In this document: piece by piece, positions 51,414-62,208 of the stretch
How the letters are laid out: each line of letters begins with the position of its first letter
How positions within the stretch are numbered: position 1 is the first letter of the stretch
Origin: Neodothiora populina
Lineage: Eukaryota
DNA: 64,000 nucleotides
NCBI RefSeq assembly: GCF_041146345.1
Contig: NW_027191411.1
Location: 620,001 to 684,000, forward strand
Direction of reading: 5' to 3'
Position numbers and translations under genes: made by a program
Notes under the pieces: model-generated
Databases searched by the model: none
Told to the model about the DNA's origin: nothing
The model's input: the letters and a program-made list of their open reading frames with translations, nothing else

Positions 51414-53010
51414 TTTTTGGTTCCTTTCCACTATGAAGAAGGCACATTCGTTTTGACCTGAAGCTACAATCTTCCCTGCTTCCAAGTCCTAAACAGACAG
51501 AGCGAACAGCACAGCGAGTATGGAGCGATGGGGTGAAGGGTTTTTCTCTGATGCTTTTTACTTTTACTCTTTTCCTTTTCTATATGGATTTTCGGCGGCC
51601 ATCACCACAATTATCATGGAGATGGACAAGCTCGGAATCCAAGGGGGAACTATGGCAGCGGAGGTTTTGTTGTAATTTTAGCTTAAGTAACAAGAAAAAA
51701 AGGAGTTTACAGGCTTGTCGGTCTCCAAGATATAGTTCTTCGTTGAATGACAAGTGAAGAGCAAGCATAACTATGCCATGCTTGTTTCTCTGGTGATATT
51801 GATGAGGTGGTGATGTTGTTGATCTAGTTCATATTCGATATATACTTTTAATTCGACCACCGGCAGGTAAAAAAGGTGAGACGGTTCCAGACACAGTACA
51901 GAAAAGACGCAAGAGCAAAAGAAAATCGATCTTTCGTGTGTCAGTCTATCTAGTCTAGGCAGTGGAGGAACAAGGGAAACTCTGTCCTCCCCATCGAACC
52001 CGAAGACGATCATGAAGAGGACGATGAACAAGCAAACAGGAAGAGATCCAAACAACCCTCTGGGAAATCACTGGAAGGGACCGTCTCCAAGATACACTGA
52101 TAGAAATCTGAAGATTCAAAACGACAATGAGACATGGACAGACCCTCGATTGCAGCCGGATTCGAAACGTAAGGTACAGTACCCATACAGACTTGAGTCA
52201 GTTCGGTCGTTGGGTTTCCTCGGATTTGGGAGAGTACATTTAGCTTTCCTTACTGCGGATTTTTATGGTCATGAGGGGAATATGATCTGGCAACTTATCG
52301 CTTGAGTCTAAGATGGAATGATCGTGTCAGAAGTCAGGGGAGAAGAAGGGGGAGCGAGAGTAGACGAGGATTGGAAGAAATAGGAAAACAAATGGAAACA
52401 GGGCGTTTGAGTTTCGAGGTATCGTACACTTTGCTAAGTGAGCAGGAAAAACAAGGCGACAAAGCAGGCTGATGGGTTATCCCCCTTTTTTTCATTTTCC
52501 CCAGGTCCCTCCCTTGCATACATGTTCCCGCACAGCGACATAGGATTTTTCCTCTCGCCAAATCTTTCACAGTCCTTGATGCGCCTGCCAGCCCGGTACT
52601 CCGACGCCCCTGCTTCCCCACGGTAATGATTCTTTGAGACTTGAACCGGGTATCCTCGGCGATTGTTCACTGCATGTCAAGTTGCATTGCCACTTTGCTG
52701 CTTTGCTCTTCCTGCAAAAGATGTGGATGGTATGAAGAGTGAGTAGAGAATGGGGATAATATGCTCCGCATAGCCGATGATCCTATCCTCTATGGGTGTA
52801 TAGAGTCGTCTTGCAGGTTGAAAGCGAGGATGGATCAAAGAGAGTGTTCCTGCGCCTGAAGCGGACATACGGGGAGCGTGGCGGAGCCAGGTATTGGTCT
52901 GTCTCAGGACATAGAAGCGGACGGAGAGTAGTAGGAAAGGTTGTTGAAGTGGGTGATTGCGGACGGAAGGAAAGCGAAGGCGTGGTTCGAGCGGCTCACA
53001 AGCGTCTGGC

Positions 53011-53711
53011 CTACTTGACCTTCTCTTCTAGGGTGTGGACATAGCCTTCTATCCTGTGGACTGCGGATTGGAGCGCCTGTGTGGGATGCTGAGTCAGTGA
53101 AATGGTCTTGTGTCTCGCCCGGGTTCGGCTGAGATCGGATGGGTGCGGAAGGTGATGGGTTGAAGAAGATGGTAGACGGCGGCAACGTCATTGAATTGTT
53201 GTGGGGAATGACATACGTAGATGTCCTCGGTGAGAAGCTGGTTGGAGACTTTGTATTCGTCGATAACGTAGTAGTAGAGGACAGTGCCAGCCAGGGTGGA
53301 GCCGGTCAAGAAGCCGAGGAGACTGGGAAGGGAAAATCGATCAGTATGAGTGATTCATGGCAGAGAATCCGACGAAGACACAATCAATCGGCAACAGCCA
53401 ATGCTCCCGTCGGTCTCTTGTTCGCACGCCTCCTCTTGTTTGGTCTCGCGTGTCCATGAGCAAGCAACTCTTGTCGCACAATAGCCGAGACTCGGGCAAC
53501 AGGAAGGAAAGTGCACTCACCCTCCTCTGAAAGCGCCGACGGGCTTGCGTACGGGCAAAGCTGCAGTAGGCGTCTCTAGCAATCTACTCGTCGTCTGGAA
53601 GGAGCGTTGACTGATGGCATTACGGGCGATTGGGGTACAGGTACGAGGAGTGGTGCGGAGAAGGGTACGCGCAGCCATCGAGGATGACGCTTGGCACACT
53701 GCGGCGGCCAT
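53011..53711 (-). CDS. small conserved fungal single-TM, probably mitochondrial, protein
   Basis: R/S/T-rich presequence, then KPVGAFRGG|LLGFLTG...DEYKVSNQLLTEDIY|ALQSAVHRIEGYVHTLEEKVK*. Introns 53323-53520 and 53077-53216. Start at 53711 or 53678. Confidence 0.8.
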
Positions 53712-55194
53712 TTTGTTTCTGTGTGTGAGTGAGAAGAGAAGAAATGCGAGTGTGATGAGTCCAGATAATAGAGACGGAGGTTGATATCGGTCTTTGATGA
53801 AAAGTGTTGTGTTGTTGGTGCAGGGGAAAGTAGAAGGTAAAAGAGGTGTTGCGGAGGCAGGTGGAGGATTAAGGTAAGGGAAGGTACGCCATCAGTGGTA
53901 GAGCAAGCTTGACGTACGTGAGTCGGGCATACCGTATTTGGTGGAGTTGGGAACTGCTGACCACTTTAGTCCCTCTTTTGTGCCTGTTTTGTGCATCTGT
54001 TCACTTCTCCGCTCACATCACAGCCATCACAGCCTGGGGAAGCTCCCGAATCCCTCCACACCTTGCCGAGGGTCTTGAACAATCTCCGAGAGATCTACCA
54101 TTTGCTGTTGTCTCCGTTTTCCTTCCGTCTTCCTCGGATCGAGCTCGGATCTGTATTTATTTTTGATCTTGCTCTTCAACTTCACAGTCGCACAGTCCTT
54201 GACCCCTTTGCTGACCTGCGATTGCCGGCAGATCGATCGGTGCATCTTTCTGTCACGGATTTCCGCGCTTCACCACACTCTGTTCCCCATGTAGCAGGCC
54301 TGGAGTAAAAGTTGCATGTTGACAGATCATTTGGGGGAACCCTGTCCAGTATCATCGATACCGAAGATGCACCCGCAATACGATGTTTCCTTTCCACCAT
54401 CAGAGTGACAATTTATTACCTTGGTATTGAATGTGGTTTGTTTACTTTTTATCAATCTCCTACATCTTTCAGAATTGCAGTGATAATGCTGGCCATGTTC
54501 TCACCCGATGAGCTTGTGCTACCCCAACGCCTTGCACACGCCTCCTCCGGGACCGAGGTAGAAGCTCTGTCATCTGAATCACACACAGACCGACAGACAT
54601 GTACAAGTACAGCATTTGCTTCGACTTTGGACAAGGCCACACGCTATTCAATCATCTCCTTCAGTGGTCAACGACAAGTATCCATAGTCACCTTCAGCAC
54701 TCAAACCATGCTTTACCATAGTACAAACTTACAGAAATCAGCACACTAAAGTACAGCCGTTGCGTCATGAGTCCTCGCCTCGTCTAGACTTTACCGTGTC
54801 GCAATTGGGATTGCTCCGATCGGAGATCTGCGAAACATCAAACACAAAATCACATCAACGCCGGCTAAAGGTACATCTATCTCGCTCCGGCTTGCCCTGC
54901 GGCGCTCGTGTCTCGCTTTGACATCCTTGCTCCAATATAAATCTCGCCTCAACCTTCTAACCGAGACCCTTCGAGGTTGTGTATTGTGGGACTAGAAGCA
55001 GGCCGTTGTCATAACTCGCTAAGACATGGCCTCCGTTCGATCAGAACAGGGCAATTCACATACAAGTATAGCCCCTCGAGCGCCCTCTTCCAAAATGAGG
55101 CTGTCTGTTGCAGAGTTCCTGTCTGGAATTGACAGTCCTTGCCCACGAGCACTCCTTTGATGGACGTCGGCGACCACGAGCGTCTCTAGAGAAC

Positions 55195-56364
55195 ATGCCC
55201 TTCACAGTCAAGCATCTTAATGCCGACTCTACCTTCCTTGTGTCCTTCACGCCTTCATTCACGCCATCCGATGCAGATGCAGACTTTCCCGGCTCCTTTA
55301 CCATATTGATCGATCCCTGGCTGTCTGGTCACTCTTCTGTGTGGAAACCTTCGTTTCAGATATCCCATCACACCTCGGCTCCTTGCGTGCAATCCTTGAC
55401 AGATATCAGACTACCTGATCTGATCATCATATCTCAAGACAAGCCCGATCACTGTCACAGAGAAACACTATGTACATTACCACATGACACGCGCATCAGA
55501 ATCCTGGCCACGCCAGCAGCGGCCAAGAAAATCAAGTCATGGAAGCATTTCACAAATGCGACAATAGAGTTCCTAGTTCCATACAGCCCAGAGAAAAGCG
55601 ACAGCCTTGTCCGGATCCTTCTACAAAACTATAATTCCAGAAGTGAGCCGGGGGAGATGACCATTTCGTATCTGCCTCAGAAGATGGATCTCACAGCGCT
55701 CCACAACGCAATCGGTATCACGTATCGTTCGCCCGGCACGACGACCATCACGAATTCTGGAACCATTGTAGATCTCCCTGTGTCGCCTCCCGTGTCTCCC
55801 GCTTCATCGCGTACTCAGACACCCCATGCACAGCGCAGTGTGGAATCCGTCAATGCTAATCACTCGTACATGACGCCCCCAGCCTCACCCACTGACGAAC
55901 AACATCCTGGCTCTGCATTACCTGGGCCTTCACAGAGGACGCTAAGCGTGCTCTACAGTCCCCACGGCGTCTCCTACTCAGCAATAGCGCCTTACGCAGC
56001 ATCCCATCTGAAGAAAGAGTCAGCCCTGCCCCTGACCGCGCTATTCCACTCAATCAACACGGAAGAAAACCCCTGGTTCATGGGCGGCGTCGTCGCAGCA
56101 GGCTATCCCGGCGGCGAGAAGATCGTCCGAGAGCTCGGCGCCGAGTACTGGATCAGCGCGCACGACGAGGTCAAGGATAATCAGGGCTGGTCCGTCACGT
56201 GGATCAAGAGCACGGCGTATACCGTCGAGGCGGCACAGAGGAAGTTGGACCAAGTGCTGGGACAGACTTTTTCCTCTTCGTCGGCTTCGAAGAAGGCGGA
56301 TGATGAGACTACCCGGACGAAGATTGCTAGTATGGAGTCTGGAGAGTCGTTGTTTATCACATGA
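55195..56364 (+). CDS. metallo-beta-lactamase-fold protein with degenerate metal motif
   Basis: VKHLNADSTFL, ILIDPWL, IIISQDKPDHCH, YSPHG, WISAHDE. Confidence 0.72.
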   Translation: MPFTVKHLNADSTFLVSFTPSFTPSDADADFPGSFTILIDPWLSGHSSVWKPSFQISHHTSAPCVQSLTDIRLPDLIIISQDKPDHCHRETLCTLPHDTRIRILATPAAAKKIKSWKHFTNATIEFLVPYSPEKSDSLVRILLQNYNSRSEPGEMTISYLPQKMDLTALHNAIGITYRSPGTTTITNSGTIVDLPVSPPVSPASSRTQTPHAQRSVESVNANHSYMTPPASPTDEQHPGSALPGPSQRTLSVLYSPHGVSYSAIAPYAASHLKKESALPLTALFHSINTEENPWFMGGVVAAGYPGGEKIVRELGAEYWISAHDEVKDNQGWSVTWIKSTAYTVEAAQRKLDQVLGQTFSSSSASKKADDETTRTKIASMESGESLFIT

Positions 56365-56667
56365 TTGTAGTGCGACTCGATCCAGCTATGTGAAAATAGG
56401 GACACGGCAAGGAGCCATGGGTGTGAGGGGATGCTTGGATTGCTGATAACGAATCATGACGAATTACTACGATATAATGAAAACAGAAATGAAACAAGAG
56501 GAGAGAGAGAGTGTGTGTGTGTGTGACGGCAAAAGTAGTGAGCAAAGCATCGGGATGTAATGTAATGTCAAGAGATCAGAGAATATATTTCACCTCCTTT
56601 TTCCACTACATTAATTACATAATACATATACCACTGTACACATGAGCCCCGTATAAGGTCAGCAATG

Positions 56668-57723
56668 TCAGCTCCCATTCTGACACATCATCTCTTCGTC
56701 CCCGTCCCCGTCACCACCGCCACGGATGGCAGACACTGATACCGGTCCAGGAACAGGAGCATCAGAAGCAAGACCGACCAGCTGCGCGATCCTTTGAACA
56801 TCGTTCTCGGACAAACAGACCGCTAGATCTAACAGGCGATACGAGACCCCTCCGGCGGACTCCATGTCGTCTTCTTCCCAGTCATCCTGTGCTGTTCCCA
56901 GCAGACTGATTTCTCGCCCCGCCGATGACTGTTCCGTATTTGCTGCGCCGCCTAACAGCATAAGTCTATCCCAGCCGCCTCGGACTTTGTTCGTCAGAAA
57001 CACATGTCCAGACTTCGTATCTCTCAAGCCCTTGAGACAGGCCGGCAGCGTCGCAGTCGAAGGTCCAGCTTCATAGACAGGATCCAGCAGCGACGACATC
57101 AAAGGCAGCGAGATACCGTTGCACGGCGCTTTGGGCAGGTGCAGGACGTCTCGCAGGATGATCTGGCTGTTGTTGTTTCCGTGGTGCGAGCCGGTATTGG
57201 GGAGTTGTTGCAGAAGAGGAGACAGCGTCACGGTGCCGATGCCTTGACACCATAGCCCTGACGACAGAGAGATGTTGAGAGGCGTGTAGGTCGTAAACCA
57301 GGTCGCGTTGCGCGTGTAGTGGATTCCTTTTTGCTGCAGGAGCCAGTCGTAGCATTTGGATGTGTCTTGCTGGGGTTGAGAAGAGGGTTCTGGTTTGGGG
57401 ATAGAGAGCAGAGGGATGAAGGTGTTGCCGTTATCGTCTTCAGTAGCTGTGATTGTAGTTGGGACTTGCGCAGGGCTGGAGAGAGACATGGTAGGTCCAT
57501 CGTCGCCGGCAACAGCAGCAGCAGCAGCAGCAGATGGAGGAAAGGCAAAGTCGAGCCTTCGGCGCGTGTTTATGCTGAATGTGCGGTCGTTGAGAGAAGT
57601 CTTGCGCTGATGTTGTCGAGTAGGTTGAGGCAAGTGTTGGTCCGAGATGCGCTTGCGCTTCTTGATCGTGTCGCGCGGAGTGTGGTGGGGGCTGTGGTCG
57701 TGCATGTGGACGTCGGAGACCAT
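56668..57723 (-). CDS. hypothetical protein with Ty1/copia Pol protease-type beta-barrel and basic NLS-like motif
   Basis: 351-aa intact ORF with KKRKR and DWLLQQKGIHY...WFTTYTP...GIGTVTL...LRDVLHLPKAPCNGIS. Confidence 0.65.
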   Translation of the reverse strand: MVSDVHMHDHSPHHTPRDTIKKRKRISDQHLPQPTRQHQRKTSLNDRTFSINTRRRLDFAFPPSAAAAAAVAGDDGPTMSLSSPAQVPTTITATEDDNGNTFIPLLSIPKPEPSSQPQQDTSKCYDWLLQQKGIHYTRNATWFTTYTPLNISLSSGLWCQGIGTVTLSPLLQQLPNTGSHHGNNNSQIILRDVLHLPKAPCNGISLPLMSSLLDPVYEAGPSTATLPACLKGLRDTKSGHVFLTNKVRGGWDRLMLLGGAANTEQSSAGREISLLGTAQDDWEEDDMESAGGVSYRLLDLAVCLSENDVQRIAQLVGLASDAPVPGPVSVSAIRGGGDGDGDEEMMCQNGS

Positions 57724-58091
57724 TATGATCTCTCTCTTCTTCCTTCTTTTCTAGTCTACGCTGTTATTGGGTTCGCGGATACGTGTGGGGCGGACAAAAA
57801 AGGAGAGCAATAAGAAACAGGTTATGATAAAAATAGTATGTGGCTTCAGATCGTTCGAACTGTGGTGGGAGTGAGACAGGGTAGAAGAGACGGAGCAAAG
57901 AAAGACATGTGGCTCATGTTTGACGTGTTACCGTGATAGAAAGAAGGAAGGTTCTCAGCTTACTCTAGGAGGGACTAGAGGATCTAGACACCTAAGCGGG
58001 CGGCTCAGCGTTTACCACAGGTCAGCTAAGGTAAGATGCTGTATACACATTATTTGCCTTGTTTACTGCTTGTACGCAAAGATATGTTCAG

Positions 58092-58140
58092 ATCTGATAA
58101 GATTGCGGGGTAATCAGCGGCGCCAAAGAGCTTATCTGAC
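58092..58140. promoter_or_regulatory. candidate SreA/Urbs1-type extended GATA sites
   Basis: ATCTGATAA at 58092-58100 (matches ATCWGATAA) and inverted TTATCTGAC at ~58132-58140. Confidence 0.35.
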
Positions 58141-58362
58141 ATGCAAGGAGGTCTGTGCGCACATTCCTGATCTCGACTTTTTGCGCCTTCCACTTTCTGG
58201 ACTAGACCAAGACGTTGACAGATCAGAGAAAAGGGAAGCCATCTTTTGTTCCTCTCGTCTTCCTTTCTTGTCTCGTCCACTCATCATCGATTATCAAAAG
58301 AAAACACCCCACGGCCGCTTGACACTCGCTCCATCTCTTACATCACATGGTCGAATAAGACA

Positions 58363-60939
58363 ATGGAGGCATTCGGTGATTTCAAAGCGTTCCAGGACTC
58401 GCTGAAATCGTCTCTCGTCGCCACGACCCAGAGTGCCGCCGGCCTAGCCTCAGAGGACCTCCCCTTCTATCGATCACTGGATCCGTCCTTGGCCAAAGGG
58501 CTGGACAAGCAGAATGCGCGGCTTCTCGCTCTTGCGGCACGCCTGTTGGGCAACGCGACAGCGAACACGGAAATTGTACGTCCCAGGCTCCGTCCTGCAG
58601 ATGGCGTCGATGGCGTAGATGGCGGCTGGAGAGGGATTGTTGATGTCGTCGACAGTCTGCTGGAGAAAGCCGATATCAGCTTGGATGAATACACGGGAGC
58701 GGTGAAAAGGCTGAGTCCCGGACGCGAGCAGGTCAGTAACTCTGCTATTCTTTTCTGTTCTTCTCAGATCTTGTGTACTAATAGTGTCTCGCAGACGCCG
58801 ACTAGATCTACCGCTTCTTTGTCCTCGCCTAAGACTTCGCGCATTGCCCAAGCCCTCCGCTCGCAAGACCTTCCGAAGCCACAATTGTTATTCCAACACG
58901 TGCCCACCAATGCCGAAACGGCAATCTTCAAGCCTCTGCTCGCCAAGAAACCTCATGCTCAAACCCCCTACAAATCAACACGCAAGACGATCAAAAGCGA
59001 AGAAGACGGCCGCGAATACTACCCTCACCCCTACCAGCAAGAGATTGAGCAGTACGAGTACCCTTCATTTGTCTACACAGAGGCAGAACCTATCCCATAT
59101 CTACCCTATGAATCCACCACTGCTACCTTTGTCGACACGGAAGAGGCCATGCACGAGATGATCAAGGAACTCATGCGGGCCAAAGAGATTGCCATTGATC
59201 TGGAACATCACGATCAGCGATCATACATCGGCATTGTTTCTCTGATGCAGATCAGCACCCGCGACAAGGACTGGGTCGTCGACACTCTGCAGCCCTGGCG
59301 CAGGAAGTTGTCCGAGCTGAATGTAGTCTTCGCAGACCCCAGCATCGTCAAGGTGTTACACGGCGCCTTTATGGATATCGTCTGGCTGCAGCGGGATCTC
59401 GGCCTTTACATCGTCGGTCTATTCGACACGCACTATGCCGCAAGAGCTTTGGGATACGCAGGAGGCAGCTTGGCCTTCTTGCTGAAGAAGTTTGTCGATT
59501 TTGATGCTCAGAAACAATACCAGACTGCTGATTGGCGGATACGACCTTTGCCCACCGAGATGTTTGAATATGCTCGCTCTGATACCCATTTCCTGCTTTA
59601 CATCTTCGACAACATGCGCAACGAACTCATTCAAAAGTCCGACTTTTCGCTACCCAACCACGAAAAGGATAAGATCCACGATGTCCTCGTCAAATCCAAG
59701 GACACCGCCCTGCAACGCTACGAACATCCCGTCTACGACGTCGAGCGGGGAGTTGGGCCAATGGGCTGGTACAAGATGCTGAGTCGCACTCCGGCCTTGC
59801 TGAACAAACAACAGTTTGCTGTCTTCAGAGCTGTCCACCACTGGAGAGATAGCGTGGCCCGAGAACAGGACGATGGCGTGCACTACGTCATGGCTAACCA
59901 CAATGTCTTCAGTGTCGCCAAGGAGATGCCTGTCGAGAAACCCGCTCTGTTCGCCGTCGCTCAGCCCACAAGCCAGACTGTCCGTTTACGGGCAGATGAG
60001 CTACTCGCTGTGATCAGCAAGGCCAAGGTGGAAGGCGAGAACGGTCCCGAGATGGTTGACACGTTAAGAGACATTGAGTTTCACATATACGGTCCCGAGG
60101 GCGCTCCTTTCCGAAATGCTGCTTCGTACAGGGGCGGCGTACAGGCAGCGGCTGCATTGACTCCGGTTGCCGCCACTTCATCAATCGCCGCTGTGGCACC
60201 AGTACTTGACCGTATCGCGAATGGTGACGCCCAGTCTCTCAAGGCTAACGACTCTTTGTTCTGGGGCCCCGCCTTGAGCGACAGCTACGCACCGAAGCCC
60301 ATCGCAACCGACGTCCAACTAGATCTACCCCTGCCTGCTCTGACAGCCGAGATCTTTACCGAAAACGATCCATTCTCAGAGCACCAAACGCCTGTACCCA
60401 GTAACACCGCCGTCACCCCTATCAAGCCTGCTGAGGAGGCCTCGCCCGTGCCAGCAAAGCAGAATGCCGAGGCGACCGACGATGGCAGCAAGGTCTTCAC
60501 GTTGAAGCAACTGAGCCGCAAACGTAAGAGCGACGCGATATCGACTTCCGACCTCACCGGACGCGCCGACGGATTAGCCTCTAACGCAGACGAAGTCGGC
60601 ATTCCCGACGAGGAGGAAGACAACATCGAGATTCGGCGCGCCGCGAAAGCCGCCAAGAAGGCAGCGAGACGCGCACAAAAAGAAGCCGAAGCCGAAGCAA
60701 AAGCCAGAGCAATAGAAGAAGAGGAAGAGTTCGACTATGCCGGCGGACCGAGTGTATTGAATGCCGTCAAGGAAGAAGCGGCGAGGGAAAGAAGAAACAG
60801 GATGGAAGGAAAGGGGTCCAAGAAGAAGGATACCGCACCAAAGGTGTTTGATCCTTATAAAAAAGCGCTGGATACCGCCAAGGGACTACCCAGAGCGCAG
60901 AGGGAGAGGGCCGGAAAGAGCATGACGTTCAAGAAGTGA
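58363..60939 (+). CDS. RRP6: nuclear exosome exonuclease RRP6
   Basis: PMC2NT-like N-terminus, DEDDy motifs (AIDLEHH, HGAFMD, YARSDTH), HRDC (WRDSVAREQDD). In-frame 63-nt intron 58732-58794. Confidence 0.95.
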   Translation: MEAFGDFKAFQDSLKSSLVATTQSAAGLASEDLPFYRSLDPSLAKGLDKQNARLLALAARLLGNATANTEIVRPRLRPADGVDGVDGGWRGIVDVVDSLLEKADISLDEYTGAVKRLSPGREQVSNSAILFCSSQILCTNSVSQTPTRSTASLSSPKTSRIAQALRSQDLPKPQLLFQHVPTNAETAIFKPLLAKKPHAQTPYKSTRKTIKSEEDGREYYPHPYQQEIEQYEYPSFVYTEAEPIPYLPYESTTATFVDTEEAMHEMIKELMRAKEIAIDLEHHDQRSYIGIVSLMQISTRDKDWVVDTLQPWRRKLSELNVVFADPSIVKVLHGAFMDIVWLQRDLGLYIVGLFDTHYAARALGYAGGSLAFLLKKFVDFDAQKQYQTADWRIRPLPTEMFEYARSDTHFLLYIFDNMRNELIQKSDFSLPNHEKDKIHDVLVKSKDTALQRYEHPVYDVERGVGPMGWYKMLSRTPALLNKQQFAVFRAVHHWRDSVAREQDDGVHYVMANHNVFSVAKEMPVEKPALFAVAQPTSQTVRLRADELLAVISKAKVEGENGPEMVDTLRDIEFHIYGPEGAPFRNAASYRGGVQAAAALTPVAATSSIAAVAPVLDRIANGDAQSLKANDSLFWGPALSDSYAPKPIATDVQLDLPLPALTAEIFTENDPFSEHQTPVPSNTAVTPIKPAEEASPVPAKQNAEATDDGSKVFTLKQLSRKRKSDAISTSDLTGRADGLASNADEVGIPDEEEDNIEIRRAAKAAKKAARRAQKEAEAEAKARAIEEEEEFDYAGGPSVLNAVKEEAARERRNRMEGKGSKKKDTAPKVFDPYKKALDTAKGLPRAQRERAGKSMTFKK

Positions 60940-61850
60940 CCTTTTTCTTTTTCTCTCAGGTTTCTCAGGTCTTCCTGCCTCGGAACGATCAGCATCGAGG
61001 ACTTCGAAAAGCCAGACAAAAAGTCATTGTGTAGATAGACAATCCCTCTTTCCGAGACAACGAGAAGGGCACTGGAAAAAGGGGGTTTATGTAGTTCTTC
61101 GTTCACGGAAAAGAACATGGAAGAAGAAGCTCCGTAGAAGCTCGCTCGAGAAAAGGAAGAGTGCGGCATCGTTCGAGAATCAGTTATTAATACCTACTTC
61201 TTTTGCCTACAAGATCTTTCTTGTCCATATTTCCCATGCAGACATCAATGTCACTATACGTGCATGTACTTGTTTCGTGCAGTCCAGTCTTGTCCTATTA
61301 AGTCCAGGTTAGTCAAGGCCTCACCTCTCCCATTCCCCTCAACATCATTCCTCAATCGCTGTATCTAACAAGCCCACAAATATCACACAGATAGGCTAAG
61401 CGTCATAGAGCGCAAAGCAAGCAAGCAACCAACTTCCATCTGCTAAATCGGCTACTGTGCTGTACTTTTTATGTAATAATGTCAATAGGAACTTAAAAAG
61501 GACTTTGAATTGAACTTGATTTCCTCTGAATGAGGATGCAATTGATGGACTTTGCGGGGACGTCTTGTTCTTTTCTCTCTCTGGTTTACTACTACACTCT
61601 TACACGACTTGATAATCAGGGTTCGCATACAGTTAATGGTTCGATTGCGCGTTCGTTTGCGTAGCACATTCCCGTTTCTAGAACTTCCTCTTCGGTTTGT
61701 TTTTTTCTCCCCATATTTATTTCTCGACGATTCGGAGTTCTTTGTCTACTTTCTCGGTCAATCACGTTCCTCGCGTTCTTGTGCATCGCTTCATAGGACC
61801 ACCTTTGCCCCTTTATTCTCCTCTCGATCTGGAAGAGTTTGTTCATTGGC

Positions 61851-62172
61851 TCACGTCGAAGAAGCCCCATTAGTCTTCTCCGAGGGCTGAGATTGCGCTT
61901 GTTGCGTTGGAATCGCAGTTGGAGCCGGCGCTGCTGGGACTGGTGCTGAAGCAGGAGTGACGGGTGCTGTAGTAGCAGCAACAACAACAACAGGTGCAGC
62001 AGGAGGAGCAACAGCAGCAGATGTCGGGACAGAAGCTGGCGTTGGTGCCTGAGCTGGTGTCGATGCCGGAGCTTGAAGTGGTTGTGGAGCTTGCGGCTGC
62101 TGCTGTTGTTGTATTGACTGGGTCACTTGAGCCGCTGGCGCAGACATTTGAACTTGGGCCTGAGGCTGATGC

Positions 62173-62208
<36 letters not shown>

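Noticed and set aside
61638..61647. GGTTCGATT resembling a tRNA T-loop/B-box
   Set aside because: No cloverleaf stems or A-box; lies in a 3' UTR region.
62174..62205. CTG/CAG and GAA triplet tracts (also 17184-17207, 42677-42718, 57513-57532)
   Set aside because: Ordinary coding homopolymer runs (polyQ/E/D/A).
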